A DNA stretch of 49,956 nt, taken from assembly GCA_017885605.1 (NCBI GenBank), contig JAFNFT010000037.1, forward strand, positions 389 through 50,344. The letters are read 5' to 3'. Below are positions 25,957 to 34,730 of this stretch, one piece after another. The notes under the pieces are model-generated. The model did not search any database and was not told the origin of the DNA. It saw only the letters and a program-made list of their open reading frames with translations. A program made the position numbers and the translations under genes. How positions within the stretch are numbered: position 1 is the first letter of the stretch; each line of letters starts with the position of its first letter. The stretch comes from Methanobacteriota archaeon. GTDB lineage: Archaea; Thermoplasmatota; E2; DHVEG-1.

Positions 25957-26589
25957 TTAAATTTTTTTTTCAAACTGTTTCAAATCAGAGACAACATACT
26001 GACCTTTTGTGTTTTTCTTTCTATCAAGATAGTATGAAGTGATGCCGAGTTTCTGAGGGGAGAGATAATCGAACTCTTTATGATCACCCACATGTATCAT
26101 TTCTAGTGGTGATATATTCAGTTTTTTACAGATCATCGCATAGAAATCCGTGACTTTTTTCACCGTATGAAAATCTGAGGTTGATGAAAAAACCTTATCG
26201 AAGTAGGTACGTAATTTGGTTTGTGTGAGTTGCACGTCTATGAATTCTTTCTTTGCATTGGAGCTGATGATGAGGCTATAGTTTTTTGATAATCGTTTCA
26301 GGACCGATGGGACTTCTGGATAGATCTCTACGTTGTTTCGATATTCTAAAAGCATTTTTTTCCAATCTGTTTGGAGGTGGAAGCGGTCGAACCAGTACCC
26401 TGGGTCATACCATTCGATGCGGTTATCTCCTATCTTTTCGTACTCCTCAAAGAGATATTTCTTTGCAGTTTCTCCATCGACGTGATGTTGCTTGGCGTAG
26501 AGCGCTGGGACCCCTTCAAGCCAGAATGCGTCTGCGAAGGTATGTTTCGCGATGGTACCATCGAAGTCAAAAGAGATTATTTTGATCAT
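25957..26589 (-). CDS. HAD-superfamily hydrolase
   Basis: Motif I SFDFDGT, motif II SSN, K, motif IV HVGDHKEFD. Confidence 0.9.
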   Translation of the reverse strand: MIKIISFDFDGTIAKHTFADAFWLEGVPALYAKQHHVDGETAKKYLFEEYEKIGDNRIEWYDPGYWFDRFHLQTDWKKMLLEYRNNVEIYPEVPSVLKRLSKNYSLIISSNAKKEFIDVQLTQTKLRTYFDKVFSSTSDFHTVKKVTDFYAMICKKLNISPLEMIHVGDHKEFDYLSPQKLGITSYYLDRKKNTKGQYVVSDLKQFEKKI

Positions 26590-26661
26590 AGAATCCGCTG
26601 ATACATCCTCTGTTGTATTAAAAGGTATTCTGCGGAGACATGTCTGAAGTGTGCGTTTTTC

Positions 26662-27486
26662 TTAGGCTTTCTGTGCGGATTTTTGTTTGTTTTTTCTCAT
26701 CAGATCATATCCAACGACCGCAAGAAGACCAGCGACGATAAGGACGATAGCGATACTTACGGTGGTTGCAACATTGATATCGGTGATTGTGTTTGGCTGG
26801 GCCATCCGTTTCAACCAGATGCCAAAGAACGCCCAGAGAACAACAAGACTAAATGCAAGATCTTTCCGGAGAGCAAGCATAAGATAGGTAAGGAGTGTTC
26901 CGACCGCGATGATGATGATCGTCCAGGTTAACTGGTCGATCCCGAAACCATCCCATTGTATTGAAATGAGGAACGCGGTGACGTTTGCTATCGTTGCAAC
27001 GGTAATCCAACCAAGATAGACGCTAAAGGGGACATGAACACAGAGTTTTTCTTTCATCGTAACGCTTGATTTCCCGATCTTTAGACGAACATAGATTGCG
27101 AGCAGAGAACAAAGAAGGAGGATCATGATGAGTACCGAAAGGCCGACATATTGATAGTGCCAAAGGTAAATCCAGGCGCTGTTTGCAATACCACTCAGGA
27201 TAAACAACCCGGTGATTTGTGACAGAAACGGCATTTTAATTTCTTCTTTTTTGAACATGTCTCGTGCTTGGTACACAGCAAAGACAATCCATAGAATGTA
27301 AATAATACTCCAGATGGAGAAAGTGAGACCCGCGGGAACGAAAAAATTCGGTAACGCGTCAGAGAGTTCTTGGGTGGTTTTTCCGTTGAGTGGAAGAATG
27401 ATCGCCAAAGCGTTTACTACAATGGTGATTATTACTGCAAGGATGTTTCCTGCTTGAAGGATTCTCTTTTTGCTTCGTGGCGTCAT
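26662..27486 (-). CDS. Tryptophan-rich sensory protein (TspO/MBR-related) membrane protein
   Basis: VNALA..LPLNG.TT.ELSD...FVPAGLTFSIWSIIY, NSAWIYLWHY and PFSVYLGWITVATIAN. Start moved to the ATG at 27486 after an AGAGGA SD. Confidence 0.75.
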   Translation of the reverse strand: MTPRSKKRILQAGNILAVIITIVVNALAIILPLNGKTTQELSDALPNFFVPAGLTFSIWSIIYILWIVFAVYQARDMFKKEEIKMPFLSQITGLFILSGIANSAWIYLWHYQYVGLSVLIMILLLCSLLAIYVRLKIGKSSVTMKEKLCVHVPFSVYLGWITVATIANVTAFLISIQWDGFGIDQLTWTIIIIAVGTLLTYLMLALRKDLAFSLVVLWAFFGIWLKRMAQPNTITDINVATTVSIAIVLIVAGLLAVVGYDLMRKNKQKSAQKA

Positions 27487-27553
27487 ACGAGTTCCTCTTT
27501 GGTGAAGAATCGGTTTCGTAAAGATAAGCTTTGTGTGCTTCAAAAAATTTTTT

Positions 27554-28024
27554 TTAGCGAGGGCAGGCGGCTAATCCATGTTTTGCTAAATAGTGTTGAT
27601 GATATTCCTCTGCAGGATAAAACGTCGTTGCTTGGGTAATTTCAGTTACAATCTTTTTGCTGTATTTTCTTGATTGTTCAAGATTCTTTTTTGAGAGCTC
27701 TGCTGCTGTTTTCTGTTCCGGTGAATAATAGAAGATAGCCGATCTGTATTGTGTTCCAACATCTGGTTCTTGTCGATTTTTTGTTGTTGGGTCATGGATA
27801 TCCCAAAAAACCCTCAGGAGTTCTTCATAGGTTATTTTCTGAGGGTCAAAGGTGATTTCGACGACTTCTGCATGTCCGGTTTTATCTGTGCATACATCTT
27901 CGTACGTCGGGTTTTTCAATATGCCACCGGTGTATCCTACCGTAGTCGAGAGAACACCGTTGAGGTGTCGAAATGCTTCTTCAACATGCCAGAAACAACC
28001 TGCTCCAAAGATTGCTTTGTCCAT
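27554..28024 (-). CDS. msrA: Peptide-methionine (S)-S-oxide reductase
   Basis: GAGCFW, NPTYEDVC, TGHAEVV, HDPT, GTQYRS, AEEYHQ. Confidence 0.96.
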   Translation of the reverse strand: MDKAIFGAGCFWHVEEAFRHLNGVLSTTVGYTGGILKNPTYEDVCTDKTGHAEVVEITFDPQKITYEELLRVFWDIHDPTTKNRQEPDVGTQYRSAIFYYSPEQKTAAELSKKNLEQSRKYSKKIVTEITQATTFYPAEEYHQHYLAKHGLAACPR

Positions 28025-28223
28025 ATGTGTTCACCTATCGAACCAAGCAGGATTCTTTCTCTATTAATAATTTTTCTTTATATTATCAGGAAACCGTTGA
28101 AATACTGAAATCCTTAAAGGAAAATTCTCTAATCAGACGGTAGTAGTAAAAATTTTTTCATAAAACGATGAGCTTTGAAGAGTACTCGGCTATAACGTTT
28201 GTCTTATGCTGTATCGCTATTCA

Positions 28224-29057
28224 TCAAAATTTAGTGACTGTTTCTTGTGGGAAAAATTTTTCTTGCTGGAATCTTTTCGCTCGTTGTTTGATTACTTCAA
28301 TTAAGGTATCTGCAATGCCATCTAAACTATCATCGATTTCTTTGAGTGAATAGCGTTTCGTCGCAAATCCTTCTTTGTAGGATTCTTCATCATTCATCAG
28401 GTCTATGACTAATTGTTCTGGGTCTAAATTATGGTGTTCCCCATCGATTCCGATATAGAGACGAGCGTCCTTGATAGCGATATCAACATGTTTTGAGCTG
28501 TTATAGGATTCCAACTCGCAGAATACGCCTCGTTTTCGTAATGATTCATAGAGTTTCAACGCATGGGGTGAGGCGCGTTTTTCTCGTTGATGATGCATGC
28601 AGAGAGATTTTCCGAAGTTGGTCATGGAGTAATCATATTCGGTTTTCGGGAGTTTTACATTACAGACTTCACAGAAGAAATCTTGCGGGGATGTGACATC
28701 TCGTTTCAAATCCCGTTCGAGTTTCGCGAGTTTTACGAGTCTGTTGTCTTGTTCAATTTTCTCCCATATGATCTGCAGCACTTCACGTAAGCTTAACGCA
28801 TCAATAGTGATTTTATATTTTATCCCAAGTAATTTCGCAAGCTCTCCTAACAGATCAGCAGGGTATTTTCCTTGATATTTCTCAACAAAATTAAAAACAA
28901 TGTCATATGCTTTGTTGTCATTTATCTTATCTAACAGTTGCATTAAATGAAACGTATAACATTCATTACAAACCACTTTCCCATCAGGTAATTTACGATA
29001 CGAAGTCCAGAGTTTTTTACTGCATCGTTCGCAGTTGAACATTTTGTCCCATCCCAT
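28224..29057 (-). CDS. Zn-finger protein with C-terminal DUF559/Vsr-like nuclease-fold domain
   Basis: CERC...CNEC and CEVC...CMHH motifs; C-terminal LYESLRKRG...HVDIAIKDARLYIGIDGEHH...GFATKRY. Confidence 0.6.
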   Translation of the reverse strand: MGWDKMFNCERCSKKLWTSYRKLPDGKVVCNECYTFHLMQLLDKINDNKAYDIVFNFVEKYQGKYPADLLGELAKLLGIKYKITIDALSLREVLQIIWEKIEQDNRLVKLAKLERDLKRDVTSPQDFFCEVCNVKLPKTEYDYSMTNFGKSLCMHHQREKRASPHALKLYESLRKRGVFCELESYNSSKHVDIAIKDARLYIGIDGEHHNLDPEQLVIDLMNDEESYKEGFATKRYSLKEIDDSLDGIADTLIEVIKQRAKRFQQEKFFPQETVTKF

Positions 29058-29295
29058 ACGAATCCCATACCAAATATCCTGTCTTTATTTAAATATCTTT
29101 TCAATTTTACACTTTCCGTGTGCTTTTTGTTGATAAATGTGCATAAATTGGTATTAATAAAAAGAGATTATGCACTATGTTCCTCAGTATCCTCTTTTCA
29201 AATACAAAGGGAGGAAATACCCTGTAATACGTGAACCAAACAATAAAGAAATATATAGGACATTGCTATTTCCATATCGCTAGTAGGGAATTCCT

Positions 29296-29478
29296 GTGAA
29301 CGAAGACGATAAAAAAGAATTTCTCAATGATTTCAAAAAAGGAGATGTCGATAATAAATTAGATATGTGGTACTACGCTGTTGACCAAGAAGCACTTTGG
29401 GAGGAAATCCTTGCTGAAATGTCAATGGTTGCTCAAGCCGCAAATCCTCACAAAGGAAAAGTAGTCGACGAGGAATAA
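29296..29478 (+). CDS. Small acidic helical hypothetical protein (paralogue A)
   Basis: 60-aa ORF, GTG start, about half identical to the next ORF. Confidence 0.7.
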   Translation: MNEDDKKEFLNDFKKGDVDNKLDMWYYAVDQEALWEEILAEMSMVAQAANPHKGKVVDEE

Positions 29479-29489
29479 AGGTATCAGCT

Positions 29490-29693
29490 ATGAATGAAGA
29501 AGACAAAAAAGAACTGATTGAAGAATTCAAGAAAGGCGATGGGACGAAACGCTTAGATCTGTGGGATTACGCACTTGCTCAGCAAGTCCTCTGGGAGAAT
29601 ATTATCGCAGATTTACAGAGAATCGCCCATGAGCAAGGGGTTGACAAAGAGCTTGATAAACGCATGGAAGACGATATGAAGGGAGTGGAGTAA
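29490..29693 (+). CDS. Small acidic helical hypothetical protein (paralogue B)
   Basis: 67-aa ORF with an AAGGT SD-like site; gap-free alignment to paralogue A. Confidence 0.75.
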   Translation: MNEEDKKELIEEFKKGDGTKRLDLWDYALAQQVLWENIIADLQRIAHEQGVDKELDKRMEDDMKGVE

Positions 29694-29702
29694 GGATCGC
29701 GG

Positions 29703-30527
29703 TTATAAACCAACATATTTTTTACTGATTTCCCATAATTTTTTCGCAGCATCCATGTCATAGGTTTCTGTCTTTGTTTGTTTGACTGATTTTTTTTCGA
29801 AATATTCTCCGGTGATTGTTTCAACCTCTGGTAAGCTTGCAAGATAGATCGGGGTTTGTGCAGCAATCGATGGTTCTTTTCCGAGGAGTTTAAAAAATTT
29901 TGCGGAGAACCACCCTGCGTCTCTCCCAAGGTTTGTCGCACTCATCCCTGGATTAACACAATTCACCGTAATATTAGTGCCTTTGATTTTTTCTGCCAAA
30001 AGTCTTGTGAAAAGAATACTCGCGAGTTTCGAATGGCCATACACCTTCATCCCAGAATAACCATGTTTGAATTCAAGGTCATTGAAATGGATTGTTCCAG
30101 AGTGCAACCCTGAGGTGAGATTAATGATTCTCGCAGGTGCGCTCTTTTTCAAGGCATCTAGGAGACGGTTGGTCATAAGAAACGGAGCAAGATAATTGAC
30201 CGCAAAGGTGTTCTCAATCCCGTCTTTTGATTCCCGCCGATGGTAATCCACGATCCCTGCATTATTGATTAAGACATGTAACGCGGGATATTTTTTGAGA
30301 AACTCCCTGCAACAGTCTCGAATCGAGGAAAACGATGAAAGATTACAAAACAACACGTCGATGTTGGTATTCTTTGTTGCTTCGATGAGTTCTTGTCTTG
30401 TTTGTTCTCCTCGTTGTACATCTCGTGTGGTGATCACGACTGTTGCTCCAAGCATCGCTAAGCCTTTTGCGGTTTCTTTGCCTATTCCTGATGTCGCACC
30501 TGTGATTAGTACGATTTTTCCTTGCAT
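29703..30527 (-). CDS. Short-chain dehydrogenase/reductase (retinol-DH/WWOX-like)
   Basis: TGATSGIG, LINNAG, FAVNYL, YGHSK (YxxxK), VNPG. Confidence 0.92.
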   Translation of the reverse strand: MQGKIVLITGATSGIGKETAKGLAMLGATVVITTRDVQRGEQTRQELIEATKNTNIDVLFCNLSSFSSIRDCCREFLKKYPALHVLINNAGIVDYHRRESKDGIENTFAVNYLAPFLMTNRLLDALKKSAPARIINLTSGLHSGTIHFNDLEFKHGYSGMKVYGHSKLASILFTRLLAEKIKGTNITVNCVNPGMSATNLGRDAGWFSAKFFKLLGKEPSIAAQTPIYLASLPEVETITGEYFEKKSVKQTKTETYDMDAAKKLWEISKKYVGL

Positions 30528-30598
30528 GCTCGCCCACCAATATGTTTTTGTGAAGATAGACGATGAAACTATATTAACCTACTGACTGGAGGAAAACC

Positions 30599-31936
30599 TT
30601 GAAGGATTTTTTAAAGGAAACATTAAAGAAAGATACGTCTCTTTTGCAGTACATGGACTCCTCTCGGAAACAAAAAAGGAAGCGGCATCTCTCCAGGCTC
30701 GTCGAACAAGAGCTTCATGGTTTATCCCCGATTCAGACGATTATGAAAATGGCGGAACACCAAGCGATTCGCAAAATGGGATTAAACCCTGAGGAGGTGA
30801 TCTCATTTGGTGGAGGCTGGTGCAATCATACCGCGCCTGAAGCATTAAGAAACGCCTACCAGACGATACTAAACGATGCTACATTGTTTCATCAGAGCGG
30901 GAGGTACAGTCCAATTATTGGTGATTCATCCTGCCGAGAGCAGATCTGTCATTTCGAAGATGCCTTCTACAATCTGACGTCTTTGGAATCAGAGAACATC
31001 TTGCTTGGTCATTCCTCAACACAACTGTTCCATGATGTCCTGCGTGTGGTATGCGACCCTGGTGAACCAGTGGGGTTTCTTGACCCGACGTATGCGAATT
31101 ATCTGAATGCCGTGAAATGTGCACTCCCCGGCTCACCGATCTGGTTTGTACCCGCATTACATCCACAGAAATGGACGTATCTAAAAACCCCTGATGAGTC
31201 ATTAGAAATCCTCAAACAGTACTGCGAAAAAGGATTACGAGTGTTCGCCATTCCAGTCCCTGATAATCCCACAAGTCAGATTCCATCAGAAGAATTCCTA
31301 AAAAGCGCATTGGAAATCATGACGGATGCAAATGGCTACCTCCTCTTGGATCATGCCTACAAAGCATTGTGGTTCGGAGAAATGCCACGATGTTATTCGT
31401 GGTCCCCGGTGGAGCAGTCTCATCTGATCACGCTGCATTCCAACTCGAAATGGTTATCAAGTCTTGGGAGACGCTTAGGTTGGGCTGAGGCACATGATAC
31501 AGTGATCAATGGGTTAGAAAAAATAAACGAATCCGTACTCTTATCTCCCGATAGTCTGCATAGTATGGCCACCGCCCGGTTCTTAGAACAGACCCTGGCT
31601 GATGGTTCTTTGAAACAGTATGTGAATGACGTTCGCAGGCTTTATGAAAAAACAGCTGCGGTCATGATGTCTTCTTTAGATTCCTGTCTAGGTTGGAAAC
31701 GGCTCACACCTGATGGAGGGTTGTATACGTGCTGTCCGACGCCACATCACGTGGAACCAAGAGGATTTGTCGAACGATTGTTGAAAGAAACCGGCGTCCT
31801 GCTTATCCCTGGAACTGGTTTTGGCCCAAGCATGAGTTCTGGACTGCGTCTCTCCTATGGCCCGCTCTGCTATATGCATGAACAGATCATCGAGGGGATT
31901 GAACGGATCAGTCATTATCTCGCAAAAACAGGATGA
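30599..31936 (+). CDS. PLP-dependent aminotransferase, class I/II
   Basis: ISFGGG, DPTYANY, PDNPT, DHAY, SNSKW...GRRLGW, IPGTGFG, LRLSY. GGAGG SD before a TTG start. Confidence 0.85.
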   Translation: MKDFLKETLKKDTSLLQYMDSSRKQKRKRHLSRLVEQELHGLSPIQTIMKMAEHQAIRKMGLNPEEVISFGGGWCNHTAPEALRNAYQTILNDATLFHQSGRYSPIIGDSSCREQICHFEDAFYNLTSLESENILLGHSSTQLFHDVLRVVCDPGEPVGFLDPTYANYLNAVKCALPGSPIWFVPALHPQKWTYLKTPDESLEILKQYCEKGLRVFAIPVPDNPTSQIPSEEFLKSALEIMTDANGYLLLDHAYKALWFGEMPRCYSWSPVEQSHLITLHSNSKWLSSLGRRLGWAEAHDTVINGLEKINESVLLSPDSLHSMATARFLEQTLADGSLKQYVNDVRRLYEKTAAVMMSSLDSCLGWKRLTPDGGLYTCCPTPHHVEPRGFVERLLKETGVLLIPGTGFGPSMSSGLRLSYGPLCYMHEQIIEGIERISHYLAKTG

Positions 31937-32016
31937 TTCCTCTCAAGGATGATGATCGTCATCAACCAGTATTTTTATAAAGAGGTGCTCTGATTGTGGA
32001 TACGGAGGAATCATTC

Positions 32017-33351
32017 ATGAAACATCTCTGGGTTGTATGCATCTGCCTCTGTTGTGTTTTACCAGTGGTGCAAGCAAGTATTGTTCCAAATCAAAAAAAT
32101 ACACAATACCCAGTTCCAGCTTCTCTATTGGACGGAGGCTGGGTCGAGGAACAGGACAATATCACGATACTTCATGTGAGCGGCACCAATTACGAAATGG
32201 GATACCAACACGGATATCTCCTCAGGGAACAAGTTCAAGAAAACGTCAGGGCGTTTTTACATTATGCTACGGAGTATGTCACCTCTGCTGAGTTGATGAA
32301 CTACTGGAACATGTCACAACCGTATATCCCTTCTCAATATATTGATGAAATTCAAGGTATTGCTGATGGGGCAAACATCAGCTTTGATGACATCGCAGAA
32401 TCCATCATGGCGGTTGAATACGCAGATCATGGATGTTATGGGATCGCAGCCTGGGGACCTGCAACCCCAGATGGAAAGTTATACCATGCCCGGAGTTTTG
32501 ATTTACCTTCAACCATTCAAGACCCGGTAAGTGGAAAATACGCCCATGAGAACACCGTCCTTATCATCCGAAATCCTGACAATGGATCTGCCTCATTATC
32601 TCCTGCGATCGCAGGTTCATTTCATACCGGTGGCGGTATGAATTCGCAGGGAGTTTCGCTTGGTATTCAAATCTGCTGGAGCAAAGACCAGACGTTCGAG
32701 GGAAACCCGTATCATTTCCGAGTACAGGCGGTCCTAGATTCCGCGACAACCGCTGCGGAAGCTATTCAAATATTAAATACAAATCGGACTCATGGGTTCA
32801 ACTTCATTGTCTCGCAGGCGAACCCTGCAGAGGGTTTTGCCCTTGAGCAGACAGCGAATCTCACCTACGTCGGAACCTATAACGGCTCAGTGGAAAGCAA
32901 CCATCCTTTCTGGGCTATTGAGCATGTGGTGCGACGAACGAATGTGTTCCTTGAACCCACGATTGCGGCGACCCAACGAAAACCCTATAATCCCGCAGGG
33001 TTGATTGCATTTTTCAAACTGTTGTTCTTTCAAAAAAGCAACCCTTATTTTGCAGTATATCAGTTATATCAATCAGTCAGTAAACAAATTGATATTACGT
33101 GGGGTAATTTAACGCTGAACAACACTATGGATGTGCTGCAGAACGGGTATCGGGCAGAGGATTTTCCGCTCCTCCGTTTGATCGAACGTTTAGGAAAAGG
33201 GACCGGGATGGCAGAGGCATGGAACCAATGGGTCGCCTGTCCAGCGACCGGTGATATGGTCGTGAGTTTTGCAAATCATGACCAGATGGCGTTCAAAACA
33301 AAGCCTCATTATTTTAACCTTTATGCGTTGCTCAGTGAATCTCCACCATAA
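32017..33351 (+). CDS. Secreted C45-family peptidase / Ntn-hydrolase
   Basis: Signal peptide; GTNYEMGYQHG, EIQGIADG, nucleophile Cys in GCYGIAAWG.AT.DG, HARSFD, GMNSQG, RTN. Confidence 0.85.
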   Translation: MKHLWVVCICLCCVLPVVQASIVPNQKNTQYPVPASLLDGGWVEEQDNITILHVSGTNYEMGYQHGYLLREQVQENVRAFLHYATEYVTSAELMNYWNMSQPYIPSQYIDEIQGIADGANISFDDIAESIMAVEYADHGCYGIAAWGPATPDGKLYHARSFDLPSTIQDPVSGKYAHENTVLIIRNPDNGSASLSPAIAGSFHTGGGMNSQGVSLGIQICWSKDQTFEGNPYHFRVQAVLDSATTAAEAIQILNTNRTHGFNFIVSQANPAEGFALEQTANLTYVGTYNGSVESNHPFWAIEHVVRRTNVFLEPTIAATQRKPYNPAGLIAFFKLLFFQKSNPYFAVYQLYQSVSKQIDITWGNLTLNNTMDVLQNGYRAEDFPLLRLIERLGKGTGMAEAWNQWVACPATGDMVVSFANHDQMAFKTKPHYFNLYALLSESPP

Positions 33352-33427
33352 AAGCATATGTTTTTTGTTCTCCTTTTTTTCTTTTTTCTCCATACAGTAA
33401 TATACATCTTGTTTGATGTTTCCATCC

Positions 33428-34534
33428 ATGCAGGCTCCCCGAATCGATCTGTTTGAATGGCTGCTTCGGAACGCTCCGCACGCTACCTATAATCTAGCGT
33501 TTAGTAATATTCATGGTCTCACCATTCAAGAATATAAAACACTGACAGATTTCTCATTTCCTGATAGTTTTGAGTTGGGTTCCAACGCTCAATATGGTGC
33601 TGATGAGTTAAAGAAAACCCTCTGTTCGATGTATAACTGTGCAGCTAGTAATCTCGTTACGACGACGGGTGCTACTGAAGCAAATTTCCTTGTGTTCTCC
33701 TCACTGCTTTCAAAAGGAGATGAGTTTATTATCGAGCAACCAGGGTATCAACCGATGTGGTTGACACCGGAGATGCTGGGTGCTCGGCGGATTCCCTGGC
33801 CAAGAACTTTTGAAAGAGGGTTCAACGTTCAGATAGAAACACTTACACATCTTATCACTGATAAAACAAAACTAATTGTACTCACGAACCTGCATAATCC
33901 AAGTGGTGTGCTGATGAACCAAAAAACGCTTCAGGAAATCGCGAAGATTGCGGCGGACCATGGATTGTATGTCTTGGTCGATGAAATCTTCCTTGGCGGA
34001 TCCTTTCTTCCGCAACCATCGTCCTTTGGTATCCCTAACGTGATTGTGACCTCGAGTGCAACAAAGATCTATGGTCTAGGAGGACTGCATTCCGGATGGA
34101 TCATCGCACCTGAGGAAGTAGCGCGACACTGCCAGAGGGTGAAGGCGCATACCACTGGCGCAGCATCTTATACCTCGGAGATCATGACCGCGCGTATCCT
34201 TAGTGCCGCTCGGGTTGAACTCATCAGGCGATTCCAGAGAAGAGCAAAAACCAACCTTGAGTACCTTACCAAATGGATGAGCCACCATACCGAATTCTTT
34301 GAGTGGGTACAGCCTGATGGTGGCATTGTGTGTTTCCCAAGGTATACGATGAAGATCTCTTCCGTCGATCTTTGTAAATACCTGTTCGAAACGCAGAAAA
34401 TTTTGATTAACCCTGGGTCATTCTTCAATCAAGATGGTTTTCTTCGCTTATCGTATGGGTGCGATTTACCCTTGTTGCAGAGCGCGTTAGATGCTCTTGA
34501 GACGGGACTTCGAAATCTTCGGAGTAATCTTTGA
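33428..34534 (+). CDS. PLP-dependent aminotransferase, class I/II
   Basis: TTGATEAN, PGYQP, TNLHNPSG, VDEIF, SSATKIYGLGG, NPGSFF, LRLSY. Confidence 0.88.
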   Translation: MQAPRIDLFEWLLRNAPHATYNLAFSNIHGLTIQEYKTLTDFSFPDSFELGSNAQYGADELKKTLCSMYNCAASNLVTTTGATEANFLVFSSLLSKGDEFIIEQPGYQPMWLTPEMLGARRIPWPRTFERGFNVQIETLTHLITDKTKLIVLTNLHNPSGVLMNQKTLQEIAKIAADHGLYVLVDEIFLGGSFLPQPSSFGIPNVIVTSSATKIYGLGGLHSGWIIAPEEVARHCQRVKAHTTGAASYTSEIMTARILSAARVELIRRFQRRAKTNLEYLTKWMSHHTEFFEWVQPDGGIVCFPRYTMKISSVDLCKYLFETQKILINPGSFFNQDGFLRLSYGCDLPLLQSALDALETGLRNLRSNL

Positions 34535-34730
34535 ATCTATTAAATATTCCTGGGATTCAAATCCCTCCCCTGCACTTTTATATTAAAAATTTAAAGAACA
34601 TATTCCAACCAAAGAAGAGGCGTTTTTTTTCAACAATAGAGTTTTGAAAAAAAGAGCTCTGTTTTATGTCAAAATAAAGTTACTACTTGTTAGTACTCAA
34701 GCTTTTATAACGAAACAACGATTAGAATCT

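Noticed and set aside
29185-29225. Imperfect hairpin between the Zn-finger gene and the paralogue pair
   Set aside because: Several mismatches and bulges; no support for an ncRNA.
34535-34730. Cobalamin riboswitch upstream of class II RNR
   Set aside because: The region is AT-rich with no recognisable B12-box or conserved core; only the short tRNA-like patch stands out.
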